DNA of 62,936 nucleotides, the filler included. It is 9 parts of 9 records of this genome, joined end to end, with 100 filler letters (N's around TTAATTAATTAA, not from the genome) between each part and the next. Parts side by side here need not be neighbours in the genome. Positions count along the whole stretch, not along the records: positions 28,256 to 34,783 come from SRR31147125_101650; positions 34,884 to 40,281 come from SRR31147125_101701; positions 40,382 to 46,761 come from SRR31147125_101726; 6 more parts are not named here. The stretch is one strand, 5' to 3'. Position numbers and translations under genes: made by a program. Below are positions 32,534 to 42,599 of this stretch, in pieces. Numbering within the stretch: position 1 is the first letter of the stretch; the number at the start of each line of letters is the position of its first letter. The notes beneath the pieces were generated by a model. That model saw only the letters and a list, made by a program, of their open reading frames with translations. It ran no database searches and had not been told where the DNA came from.

Positions 32534-32892
32534 ATGGAATTTACTATTATTTTTTCCAAAGTTTTTTTATTGTCATTCATTTGCTTAGCCCATTATTGAT
32601 CTCTTTTCTGTTCGCAATCTCTGTTCTGGGTTATGGGGTTGGAAGGCTGGAAAAGTGGTCGGTGGTTGATTCTTTCTATTATGCCTTTATCACTGCGACA
32701 ACCGTTGGATATGGTGATTTCAGGCCGAAAAAACGCTGCTCAAAAATATTAGCTATCGTGATTGCGGTTTTCGGTCTGCTCTGTACGGGAATAATTGTCG
32801 CTGCCGGATTGAAAGCAGCGGAAATTGCATTTGCCAATAGTTATGATGTGGGTCTGATCAGTCAGAAGGTTAAAATACTTCTCAAGGAATAA
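32534..32892 (+). CDS. Two-TM potassium-channel-family (Ion_trans_2) protein, probable frameshift in T-run near 32550
   Basis: Selectivity filter TTVGYGD. The upstream ATG at 32534 joins the 32581 frame if one T is added. Confidence 0.8.
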
Positions 32893-32949
32893 GCCTATAC
32901 ATAAGTCTAAATTCATTTTTGTCGCTGGGTTGAAGTGGACGTATAAAGG

Positions 32950-32990
32950 AAGCAGGTCGACGGGTTTTGTTAATCTCCCGACCTGTTTTT
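32950..32990. terminator. Hairpin between convergent genes, probable terminator
   Basis: AAGCAGGTCG...CGACCTGTTT stem followed by a T-run. Confidence 0.55.
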
Positions 32991-33085
32991 ATCTTCACTG
33001 TTACATTCTGGGGATACAGCACGGACGTGCCTGATGCCCTTGAGCCACACAATCCCCATTTCTTCTTACGGTGATTATAAGGGTG

Positions 33086-34783
33086 TCACTTGGCGCTGAT
33101 ATTGAATTCAACCCGGCTGTTGACACTGTCTTCAGCCGGTTGAAAAATATCAGTTTTCTTCAGAAAAAGACGAGATTTAATGTCTTCGTTCACGGTCACC
33201 AGGGCATCACGGACAGCCAGAGCCCGATTTTTCGCCAGTTCAGCTAACTCCTCGTCACCAACCAGAATGTTCGCTAGCAGTAGCTTCTCCATTTCTTCCA
33301 GGGGAAGTTCTTTCAACATCCCGACAAAGTTTTGTGGTCTTGGGAAATCGGCCTTTTTGTACACAGCCAGGAGAAGCTCGGGGTATTCCTCGTCACTGTA
33401 GGTGATATTGTCACCGACGGGGGATTGCCCATCGTCTTTGAGTTGGTTCTGTTTTTCTATAGTGATCATTTGTCTCAACTGATTGCGACGATACCCTTCG
33501 GGATCCTTTTCCTGATCGGCAAAGGGACTGATTTCAAGAATTAAAGAAGGACGTTTGCTCAGTGCTTCCGCAAGTTTTGTCAATGTGCCCTGCTGATCGT
33601 CAGGCAGAGAAGAAAGGCCGTAATCAAAAGAGATACCCGAGAAATCCTGCCCCCCTTGACCGATGACGGAGGATAACAGTGAAAAGGGGGATGTCGCTGC
33701 TTTGACAAAGAAATTCTTGATCACGGTAAAAATAACCCCGGCAATACTGAAATCGGGATCATCGAAACTTCCACGGACTGGAATATTAAGATGTATTTCG
33801 TCGTTGCTATCCTTCAGAAGTGCGATTGCCAGAGGTAGAGGCAAGGACATGGCCTTGTCACTTTTTACCGTGTCACCCAGGGTAAATTGATCAATGAGCA
33901 CCTTATTGCTCGCGGCAACCGTTCTTTTTTCAATATGGTAGCTCAGGTCGAGGTAGAGCTTCCCTTTATCGATAATATATCCGAGATAAGTCCCGGAGTA
34001 AGGCGTCATTGGGGCCAGATCGATGTCCTTGAAGCTGATGGTCAGGTCCGCAAAAAGGTCTTCGCTTAAGGGGTTGAGCTGACCACTGATGGTCAGGGGA
34101 GAGTGGTTTTCCAGTTGGCCGCGGAGGTCGACATCGGCCAGCATCTGCGCGTCGGACGCCATGCCAGTGACGCGACCGCCGAGCTCATACATCGTCGTGC
34201 TGAACAACGAGTCCATGGAGCGATCCACAAAGGAAACAGTTCCCCCTGCAAGGTCAATGCATCGATGCGGATATCGGGGCGTGGTGCAGAGGATTTGTCC
34301 TGAGGGAGAGGCTTTGAAACCGTTTCTTCCTTGATATCATCCGCGACCTGTTCGCCCTCACTTGTAATGCTGGCCAAATTGACACGGCCATCAGCGCTGA
34401 TCTGGATATTGGCGAGATAATTGCCCAGAGCGACTTCTTTGATATGCAATTTGAAGGGATCAAGAGTGCCGCTGATCCCGTCAATGTTGAGGCTGTCCCA
34501 TTTCAGCAGCTGCCCTTTGCCAAGGGGATCACGCAGGTTGAATTGGCTGACGTCGGTTCTGCCGGAAAACGTCCCCACAAACGTCTCTTCCTGTTGCTCT
34601 AAAGACAGGTTCATTTCGCTAAAGAAGGTACCGTCTTCGACGCTGAGGTTGACCTGCTCCGGGATGAAATCATTAAAATCGGACAGGGGGAAGTCAGTGA
34701 TCAAGGTTTTGGCGTTCAGCGTCAACGGGGTGTGGACAACGTCGCCAGCAATTTTGATTTTCCCTTTCTTGCCGATTGAAAAA
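33086..34783 (-). CDS. DUF748 domain envelope protein with OmpA-like C-terminal region, 5' truncated, frameshift near 34244
   Basis: PYSGTYLGY, LAIALLKD and KAATSPFSLL motifs; split in a C5 run. Confidence 0.8.
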
Positions 34784-34883
34784 NNNNNNNNNNNNNNNNN
34801 NNNNNNNNNNNNNNNNNNNNNNNNNNNTTAATTAATTAANNNNNNNNNNNNNNNNNNNNNNNNNNNNNNNNNNNNNNNNNNNN
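34784..34883. other. Artificial contig linker
   Basis: N44-TTAATTAATTAA-N44. Confidence 0.98.
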
Positions 34884-34911
34884 GCGGGTTCGAATCCCGC
34901 TGGGATCACCA
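34884..34911 (+). tRNA. 3' end of a tRNA (probably tRNA-Glu); likely att core of the adjacent integrative element
   Basis: T-arm GCGGG-TTCGAAT-CCCGC, acceptor strand TGGGATC, discriminator A and CCA. The anticodon is lost in the gap, so the isotype is inferred from the acceptor stem only. Confidence 0.8.
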
Positions 34912-34956
34912 AGTAAAAACAAAGGGTTGCTGGTTTCATTATTAGAAATCACCCCT

Positions 34957-35220
34957 TGGACATAAATCCTGGACATAAAAAAACCCTCAAAATTCACGTT
35001 CTGAGGGTCTTTTTTTGTATAGACACCATCATTTTTAGTCCTCCCATTCCAAGGTTTGCTGTATTTTCGAATCGATTCGTCTTGTGACTTGTCGCCTGAA
35101 GATCATGGTACAATATGGAATCAAAAAATCCAAAGCCGGTCTTGTCATTCCTTGCATCCCCAACTTTTGATCTGAGTGAACTCATCGATAAACCCTCTGG
35201 ACATAAATTTTGGACATAAC
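34957..35220. repeat. Two tandem pairs of TGGACATAA(A/C) direct repeats, putative integrase arm-type sites
   Basis: Copies start at 34957, 34970, 35198 and 35211. Both pairs have a 13-bp period and are preceded by ACCC. Confidence 0.7.
34977..35016. terminator. Bidirectional intrinsic terminator-like hairpin
   Basis: A-run, ACCCTCA...TGAGGGT stem, T-run; lies between the tRNA and the convergent integrase. Confidence 0.65.
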
Positions 35221-35226
35221 AACGCA

Positions 35227-36330
35227 TCAGTTTGGAGGCAATTCATCGTCGCCGGACGGGTTGAATGTCATTTGAAGCGATTTTCTGATCGTCTCAAGCC
35301 CCAAGGATTTGAGATATCGTTCCGTGGTCCGCGGACTCTGGTGTCGTAAAAGTTGCTGGATATGACCGAGGGAAACATTTTTTCGCCATAACCGGGATGC
35401 AAACATGTGACGGATCGAATGAAACCCAAATGGTCTTACTCCAGCCTTATTACATAGCTTCTCCATGAAATGCTGGCGCTTCTGAAATGGTTTCCCATAA
35501 TAGTCATCACAAAAGGCGGTTTGTGACAAACAGACAAACACATGATCTTGATCCAGGCCCGCCATCGTCCTGCGTTCTTTTAACCATGCCGTTAGATCCC
35601 GGCAGAGTTGTTTAGTCATGGGTATCCAGTCACCTTCCAAACCACCGTCCCGCTTACGGGTTTGCAGATAAACCTGCTCCCTGACAAAATCGACGTCGGA
35701 CCATTTCAGGTTGAACAATTCGCTTCGACGCGCACCGAGATGGAAAAAAGCCAGCAGCATCACCTGGTCCTGCCTTTCGCAAATGGCATAGACTTCCCAG
35801 AAATCCACTTCAGGAGGAACGTATCGTACGTTTTTTTCCACCTTGAATCTTTCGCATGTCAAAAAGAGGTTGGGCATATGGGGCCAATCCTCAATATTGC
35901 GTTCTCCCCAGCGCCAGGCCGCCCCTAAATTCTTTCTTGCTTTGTTGGCTGCGTGACCGCTGATCGTTGTTGATATGTGACGAAGGAAGTTACGAACCGC
36001 ATCTCGTTTAATCTCCTCGACAGGTGTTTCCATGGAATAGCCGCTATGATCGATAAAGCGGGAGAACGCCTTTCTTTTTTCTTCATAGGTTTTTTGGGAA
36101 TAGCGGGCTTTCACTTCATCGAGGTATTCATTGATCCAGACGATGATTGACAAACATTTGGTGGCGATCGATTCCTGTTCGAGACGCTTTCTGGTCTCGA
36201 GTTCCCACTGCATGGCGGCTTGTTTTGACGCCTTGCTGGTATCCGGGAACAGTTTGGACCTTTTCACGCCGTTCACCATTATCTGGCTGATGTAGCGCCG
36301 CTTGCCCCTTTTCACGATGATTGTAGGCAT
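35227..36330 (-). CDS. int: Tyrosine recombinase / phage integrase
   Basis: Catalytic residues in order: GARRSEL, TRKR, FHSIRH, LRHQ, TERY. Basic N-terminal arm-binding-like region. Confidence 0.93.
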   Translation of the reverse strand: MPTIIVKRGKRRYISQIMVNGVKRSKLFPDTSKASKQAAMQWELETRKRLEQESIATKCLSIIVWINEYLDEVKARYSQKTYEEKRKAFSRFIDHSGYSMETPVEEIKRDAVRNFLRHISTTISGHAANKARKNLGAAWRWGERNIEDWPHMPNLFLTCERFKVEKNVRYVPPEVDFWEVYAICERQDQVMLLAFFHLGARRSELFNLKWSDVDFVREQVYLQTRKRDGGLEGDWIPMTKQLCRDLTAWLKERRTMAGLDQDHVFVCLSQTAFCDDYYGKPFQKRQHFMEKLCNKAGVRPFGFHSIRHMFASRLWRKNVSLGHIQQLLRHQSPRTTERYLKSLGLETIRKSLQMTFNPSGDDELPPN

Positions 36331-36511
36331 GGCTGAATACTTGCTTGATCAATTTTTCAAAGAACCGATACCGGTTCGGTGACACTTCGACGCCGCCCCA
36401 TCTGCTTGCATACCGGTTGACGGTGCGGGGATCGATCCGCAACAGTTGGGCGAGTTCCTTTGCAGTCAACGATCTTCCGAATTCTTTTTCAAGTTCATCG
36501 ACGACATCCAT
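36128..36511 (-). CDS. Excisionase-like HTH protein, overlapping the integrase 5' end
   Basis: LTAKELAQLLRIDPRTV HTH and a YRF wing; AGGGA RBS upstream; directly upstream of int. Confidence 0.7.
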   Translation of the reverse strand: MDVVDELEKEFGRSLTAKELAQLLRIDPRTVNRYASRWGGVEVSPNRYRFFEKLIKQVFSHAYNHREKGQAALHQPDNGERREKVQTVPGYQQGVKTSRHAVGTRDQKASRTGIDRHQMFVNHRLDQ

Positions 36512-36868
36512 TTTTTCCCTACGCTGTTTTTATTTAATAAAAATTGAAAAGCTGCCATCGTAATAGGATTTGATTCCGTTTCCGTATTAATGTAATTTGA
36601 GTGTAGACCTGTCTATGATTTCAGCATTATTGAAACCCTCGAACGTTGAAACCCTATTGCGCGTCAATTTGCGATAATAAATTACATAAATATTTAATTA
36701 ATGGAACATGCTTCTGAATTCTTGGCGGAAAACCAAAATGTGATGTAAATCAGGCGAGTGTGAGGTGCTGTCGTTCGTATTTCAGAGGGAAATCAGGCTC
36801 AATTGTTGGGCTTTAGGCCATCGTTACATAAAAAAATTACTGGTTGTCAAGAAAAAAATTCATATAAA

Positions 36869-37447
36869 ATGAAAAATAATCATGGTAACATCGATTTTCA
36901 TGAAGTCCTCCAACGTATCGAAAAAGAGATGGAAGGCTATTCCAGGACGGAATGGGCGAATAAAGTGGGGGTGAGGATCAACGTGGTATCCAATATTCAC
37001 GGTGCCAAGGCCAGGCAAAATCCTTCGTTAAATTACATACTATCTGTATCCGTGGCGACCCGGAAGCCAATGGACTATTTTCTATGGGGACGAATATCCT
37101 ACATTCCATCTGAACTGCCCGACCCGATGATAAAAGAGGATGAAAAAACATACTCGGATCCCGATACCAGCAAAGATATGATTGATTCGGCGACCCAAGA
37201 CCCTGAGATGGGCAAACGGGTGCGCTATTGGCGTGAAGATATTGGATTCAGTATAGCGGAAGTTTCGAAACGTTCCGGCTTATCTGTCGATCTAATCAAA
37301 AGCATCGAAGCTGGCAATCACACAAGTACGGATGTGATCGTTAAATTGGCCGATACTTTGCGGTGTTCCATCGATTTTTTGTTAGGATGCGGTAGTGCAT
37401 CTGTTGCTCACCAGGCACCTTTAGACAGGAGTAGGGAAGGGCAGTAA
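36869..37447 (+). CDS. XRE-family repressor with two HTH domains
   Basis: Domain 1 SRTEWANKVGV...MDYFLWG; domain 2 GKRVRYWRE...SIDFLLG. Divergent from xis. Start at 36869 (ATG) or 36803 (TTG). Confidence 0.8.
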   Translation: MKNNHGNIDFHEVLQRIEKEMEGYSRTEWANKVGVRINVVSNIHGAKARQNPSLNYILSVSVATRKPMDYFLWGRISYIPSELPDPMIKEDEKTYSDPDTSKDMIDSATQDPEMGKRVRYWREDIGFSIAEVSKRSGLSVDLIKSIEAGNHTSTDVIVKLADTLRCSIDFLLGCGSASVAHQAPLDRSREGQ

Positions 37448-37747
37448 ACCTCACTTTGCCACCTTATTCTCGAATCACAAGCTTGGCGCGACTTATGATA
37501 TTTTTTAATATCATAAAATATTGACTTCATAAATTATTTAATATTTCGTATTGTTATCTGTATCGAGATGGCAATTCGGCTGGCACAATATATAGTGGTG
37601 CTTCGAATTGGCCCACGCTCCACGTATTCGACAACCTGTGGCTATATATCGCAAAAGTTATAACCATCAAAAAAATGCTGGTTACATCCAAACCAGGTAT
37701 CTATTTACCACATTATTACCGAGATCTCTATTCGTGGCCTCCAATAT

Positions 37748-38578
37748 TCATTCTTCGATGCTGCCTTGACTTTCATCCAGCTTTACTGGCAGTTGCAATA
37801 TAAAGCAGGCTCCTGTCTTGCATTTGGTGTCTATGGTGATGTCGCCGCCTAAACGGCGGGCCAATATCAGTGAACCGGCCAATCCAAGCCCATGCCCCTT
37901 CTCCCGGACCTTCCTATTGCATGCCTTGATTTGAGTGTAACATCGAAAAAGCTCAACCTGGTCTGCGGGTGCGATACCTTCGCCGTCATCACTGACACGG
38001 ATCTCTATGTTCGATCGTTTTAAAGCCACATGAACGTCAACCCGAGATTTCTTATGCTGCAATGCATTTCGCAATAAATTATTAATAATATGGACGAATT
38101 TGACCTCATCTTGATATAGAACCAGCCCATCAACTTCTGGGGAAATATCCAGAATGATTCCATTGTCCATAAGATATTTATGTCGTCGATCGAACTCATC
38201 GACGTCCGTCTTCAATTCATCTATTAGCGGGTGGAACTCGGTTTGCCGGAAATCGACCAGAATTTTTTTGATGGAATGAACAGCGTCAAATCGTATAGGG
38301 CATGTACGACCGCTCTCACTGCTTCCCACCTCTAATAGCGTATGAATGATATTTTTCAGCTTGGCCGAACAGCGCAAGGACCGCCCGAGGACGTGTTGCT
38401 GGGCTTCATTCAATCGTCCAAATTTGTTCTGCTGTTCAAGGAGAAGTCGATTGCTGCTTTCAATCACACTCAAGGGGCCTTTGAGTTCATGAATAAGAAA
38501 CTGAATGTCGATTTGGCGAAAAAAATCATCCGACTGTTTCCGGGAGGGCAGCGGGATACTTGGAGTGATGTCAGTCAT
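37748..38578 (-). CDS. Sensor-less histidine kinase (HisKA + HATPase only)
   Basis: IHELKGPL, NLLRNA, DDGEGI and GHGLGL boxes; only about 25 residues precede the H-box. Confidence 0.88.
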   Translation of the reverse strand: MTDITPSIPLPSRKQSDDFFRQIDIQFLIHELKGPLSVIESSNRLLLEQQNKFGRLNEAQQHVLGRSLRCSAKLKNIIHTLLEVGSSESGRTCPIRFDAVHSIKKILVDFRQTEFHPLIDELKTDVDEFDRRHKYLMDNGIILDISPEVDGLVLYQDEVKFVHIINNLLRNALQHKKSRVDVHVALKRSNIEIRVSDDGEGIAPADQVELFRCYTQIKACNRKVREKGHGLGLAGSLILARRLGGDITIDTKCKTGACFILQLPVKLDESQGSIEE

Positions 38579-40281
38579 GTACCGCCTCCTTCATCATTCT
38601 TCGACAATTTATTGTTGTCACTGTCTGCGTCAACGAATTGTATGCGAAAAGTGGTACCGCCGGATCGGTGACAATGTTCGACCGAGTCACAATGATTACA
38701 TTTATTCGTGCTGCCCGGGCATTTATCTGCACTCGTCGGAATATGCCGACACCGTTTGGATGTTAACAGGAGTCTGATCGGGTAGCGTTCTGCAAAGACA
38801 CGCATGCGCAACAGATCCAGGCCGCGGCCACCCGAATCGAAGTTAAACGGTTTTCCCGTACTATATTGGTAGGCGTCTGTGGCGGTGAAAAAATTACCTT
38901 TTATTAATTGCTGATTTTCATCTGTAATGCCAATGCCGGTATCAGATACGATTAGTTCGGGTCCGACATCTCCCGTCTGTACCAAGACCTTGACCATTCC
39001 GCCATCCGGCGTATATTCAACGGCATTGCGAACCAGTCCGGTGATAATTTTATCCAGGATTTCTAACGGTAAATGGACAAACCCGACATCCTCTTCAAGA
39101 TCAGTTTGAAAATCGAGCCGTCGATGGGCGAACATGGGGGTGAGTTCAATGATTTTGTCCGCCACGAATCGGTGTAGGCGAATCCGCTCCTTCGGCAATG
39201 TCCCGCGACTGAAAAATGAATCGATGTGCTGGCGAATTCGCCGTACTACTGCCGAACTGGTTTCTATTCCGACAAGGGCCTCGAATTCATCGATGCAGAG
39301 TGCCAATAATGCAGAAAGGGACTGTTGAATCTGTTGATCCGGTTCGCTGACGATGTCTTCCAATTTAAACTGCATGTCGATAATGCGTTCAATGTTTCGC
39401 TGACAACGCTCTAACAATCGCGAGGTTGATCGCTTGTCGGAAGATTGATTGCCGGCTAACATTTCAAACGATGCCGCCAATACGGAGATGGGCGTTCTTA
39501 ATTCGTGTGATAGGCGATCGATAATACGATCCTTTGCTTGGTTGAGGATTTGAACTTTTTCGTATGATTTGCGCAGTGATTCATTGATGCTGGCGTTTTC
39601 AACGGGCATCGCCACCATGCTGGCAATGCTGCTTAACAGGGTCATATCACCCTGATCGAAGTTTCCATCGACTCTGTCAGTCATGACCATGACACCCATG
39701 ATTCGCTTATCCACCTGCATGGGGGCCGCAATCAAATTCCGGAATCTATTGGTAGAGGGTTTCAATCGCCAGACTTTGAATTCACCCTCATCATTGATAT
39801 TATTGTTAATGTATGAACTACCGGAAAGAACAACTTTTCCAGCTATGTCATCGTTCAGAGAAACGAGGGATTCGGAAAATGTATCATCAAATTCGCAATC
39901 CCCTGCCATGCCTGTACGGGAATAAATTTTATCGCCCCCTCCATTAATGAGGACAATATAGGCATTTCGGACATTCATCAGATGTTGCGCCTGACGAGTA
40001 ATATAAATCAAGCAGCTTTTTAAATCGCTTTTGTGATGCAATGCTTTGGCTATTTTAAAAAGCGCCTGAGTGGTTCGGGCATCTTTTTGGGACTGGGTAA
40101 TATCCCGCATGGTAGTGATCAGACCGTTTGGCTGATCGTCTTGATCGTATAACGCGGATCCATCGTAAATAACATCCAGTACGCGGCCATCCTTGGTTAA
40201 ACGCTTGGTTTCCAAGCCGTAGAACACACCATTGGTCAACAGGCTCGCTTTTCCGGTGCGGGTCTTTTTTACCTGATCCGC
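38575..40281 (-). CDS. Cytoplasmic PAS-GAF histidine kinase with cysteine-rich insert, 5' truncated
   Basis: PAC motif (TKDGRVLDV...RDIT), GAF (LIAAPM), SHELRTP, LVRNA, DTGIGI, GRGLDL, then C-x9-C-x6-C-x2-C-x5-C before GGTTF. Confidence 0.88.
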   Translation of the reverse strand, partial: ADQVKKTRTGKASLLTNGVFYGLETKRLTKDGRVLDVIYDGSALYDQDDQPNGLITTMRDITQSQKDARTTQALFKIAKALHHKSDLKSCLIYITRQAQHLMNVRNAYIVLINGGGDKIYSRTGMAGDCEFDDTFSESLVSLNDDIAGKVVLSGSSYINNNINDEGEFKVWRLKPSTNRFRNLIAAPMQVDKRIMGVMVMTDRVDGNFDQGDMTLLSSIASMVAMPVENASINESLRKSYEKVQILNQAKDRIIDRLSHELRTPISVLAASFEMLAGNQSSDKRSTSRLLERCQRNIERIIDMQFKLEDIVSEPDQQIQQSLSALLALCIDEFEALVGIETSSAVVRRIRQHIDSFFSRGTLPKERIRLHRFVADKIIELTPMFAHRRLDFQTDLEEDVGFVHLPLEILDKIITGLVRNAVEYTPDGGMVKVLVQTGDVGPELIVSDTGIGITDENQQLIKGNFFTATDAYQYSTGKPFNFDSGGRGLDLLRMRVFAERYPIRLLLTSKRCRHIPTSADKCPGSTNKCNHCDSVEHCHRSGGTTFRIQFVDADSDNNKLSKNDEGGGT

Positions 40282-40381
40282 NNNNNNNNNNNNNNNNNNN
40301 NNNNNNNNNNNNNNNNNNNNNNNNNTTAATTAATTAANNNNNNNNNNNNNNNNNNNNNNNNNNNNNNNNNNNNNNNNNNNN
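40282..40381. other. Artificial contig linker
   Basis: N44-TTAATTAATTAA-N44. Confidence 0.98.
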
Positions 40382-42179
40382 GCTGAAACAGATCAATGAG
40401 ATCACATCAGCTCTGACTGACATTCCTACACTTTTTCCCATTGAATTTACCCGGGATTCGTCCGAGTTTAACAAGTTGTGGGACGTTCGCAAAGGACTCT
40501 TTCCTTCTGTGAGTGCGGACCGGGAAGCTGGCACCACTGTTTTAATCGAAGATGTTGCCTTTCCAGTGTCCCGCCTGGCTGAGGCAACAACTGACCTGCA
40601 ATTACTTTTCAGAAAACACGGTTTCGATGATGCCATCATCTGGGGACATGCTCTGGAAGGGAATTTACACTTTGTGTTGAAACAGGATTTTAATGTGCCT
40701 AAAGAGATTACGCGTTATGAGAATTTCATAAATGATCTCACTCATATGGTCGTGAAGAAATACGATGGTTCTCTCAAGGCAGAGCATGGTACGGGCCGCA
40801 ACATGGCCCCATTTGTCGAGTATGAATGGGGAAAAGAGGCCTATAACATCATGCTGGACATAAAAGCGATTTTTGATCCAAAGTCGCTTTTAAATCCGGG
40901 TGTTATAATAAATCAGGATAAAAAAATACACCTCAAAAACCTGAAACCCTTACCTGTTGCACATGAACTGGTGGATAAATGTATCGAGTGTGGATTTTGT
41001 GAGGTTTTTTGTGTTTCCAATCAGTTGACGTTATCTGCCCGGCAGCGAATTGTAGTTTACCGCGAGATCGCCCGATTAAAAGCCACAGGCACGGAACCGC
41101 ATCGCCTGGCACAACTATTAACGTTCTATGATTATTATGGCAACCAGACCTGCGCGACCGATGGATTATGCGCACTTGGGTGTCCGGTGGATATTGATAC
41201 CGGGCAACTCATCAAAGCACTTCGACACGAGTCTGTTTCACCCAGGGCGAATCGGATAGCAGCCAGGATTGCAAAAAATCTCCATAAAGTCACCGCATTG
41301 GCTCGTGTTTGCTTGAATGTGGTACACGGAATCCATTTGATCCTTGGCTCTAACTTATTGGTAAATATTGCAAAAGGAATCCGAAAGCTATCAGGCAACA
41401 GAATTCCTCTTTATACACCTTTTATGCCCAGAGGTGCAAAACGAATTACAAAGCTGCCTGTCAATCATAATCCATCGCCAAAAGTCGTCTATTTTCCATC
41501 CTGCATCACTCGTTCCATGGGCGTTTCAAAGGATTATAATAATGAAATGGACCTTACCCGTAAAACAGCTGAACTTTTGCGGAAGGCTGGTTATGAAATT
41601 CTCTATCCGGACAACATGAATAATCTGTGCTGTGGTATGGCCTTTTCCAGTAAAGGATTTAAGGAAACAGGCGATGAAAAAGCACAGGATTTAAATGAGG
41701 TTCTGTTAAAGATAACGAATCAGGGAGAGATACCCGTGCTATGCGATATGAGTCCCTGTTTGTATCGGATGAAAGAGACGCTCGATGAACGACTCAAACT
41801 ATATGAACCGATCGAATTTAGCCTCGAATATTTATCCACACGTTTAAGGTTTGAAAAAAAGGCAGAAACCATTGCCATTCATTCTGTGTGTAGTGCCAAA
41901 AAGATGGGACTGGAAGAAAAGTTTTTGCAGCTGGCAAATATGTGCGCAGAGAATGTGGTGGTAACTGAAGCCAACTGCTGCGGATTTGCCGGAGACAGGG
42001 GATTCAGTTTTCCGGAGCTAAATGAACATGGTCTGAGACATCTCAAAACTCAAATACCGGAAGATTGCCAGCAGGGATATTCAACCAGCCGGACGTGTGA
42101 GATTGGCATTTCTCAATATAGTGGGATTACGTATAAATCCATATTATATTTGGTGGACGAATGCACACGGCCTCGTTGA
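40382..42179 (+). CDS. FAD/Fe-S D-lactate dehydrogenase (Dld-II type), 5' truncated
   Basis: GHALEGNLHF, GSLKAEHGTGR, LNPGVI, CIECGFCEVFC, CATDGLCALGCP and CCG domains. Confidence 0.88.
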
Positions 42180-42599
42180 AAAATTAAAGTACACAACACA
42201 TATAAAAATAGAAATTTGAATTTTTCCAGATTTTTAAACAACATGCGATTCTAAGCGAGTTAAGGGCTATATGAATGTCATTTAAAAATCGTAGGGATAT
42301 TTTAGTATTCAAGTAGTATTTTTTTAAAATAATTGGCACTATTTTAAAGAAAAACTTGATATTCATTTTCTGGTGTTTTATATTATAGGGTCTAGATGTT
42401 AAAAAGTGATATCGAAACTATTTTCTGAAATACCTTGTCGAATTTTATGCTTCCCTGAAGCCGTACTACCCATTATAATGAATAATCAGCTATTTAGCTG
42501 TTTTTTTAAGTTCAACCTTGTATATATGTCTGTACATTTGCCACGTTTTATTGATAATTATAAACTCGACAACAATTTTTTTATTACAAGGAGTAGATT

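Larger units (their letters stand above)
34884..37447. mobile_element. tRNA-targeting integrative element or prophage remnant (att-int-xis-repressor); far boundary not visible
   Basis: Tyrosine integrase pointing at a tRNA 3' end, repeated arm-like sites, HTH excisionase and a divergent XRE repressor. Confidence 0.8.

Noticed and set aside
28331-34783. RND pump, channel and DUF748 as a novel system
   Set aside because: These are common families, DUF748 is convergent and separated by a hairpin, and nothing links them.
34957-35220. TGGACATAA repeats as a CRISPR array
   Set aside because: Repeats are 10 bp with 3-bp spacing, and there are no spacers or cas genes. No CRISPR array was seen anywhere in the window.
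34994-35227. 77-aa ORF downstream of int
   Set aside because: It overlaps the att-arm repeats and the terminator and has no recognisable features.
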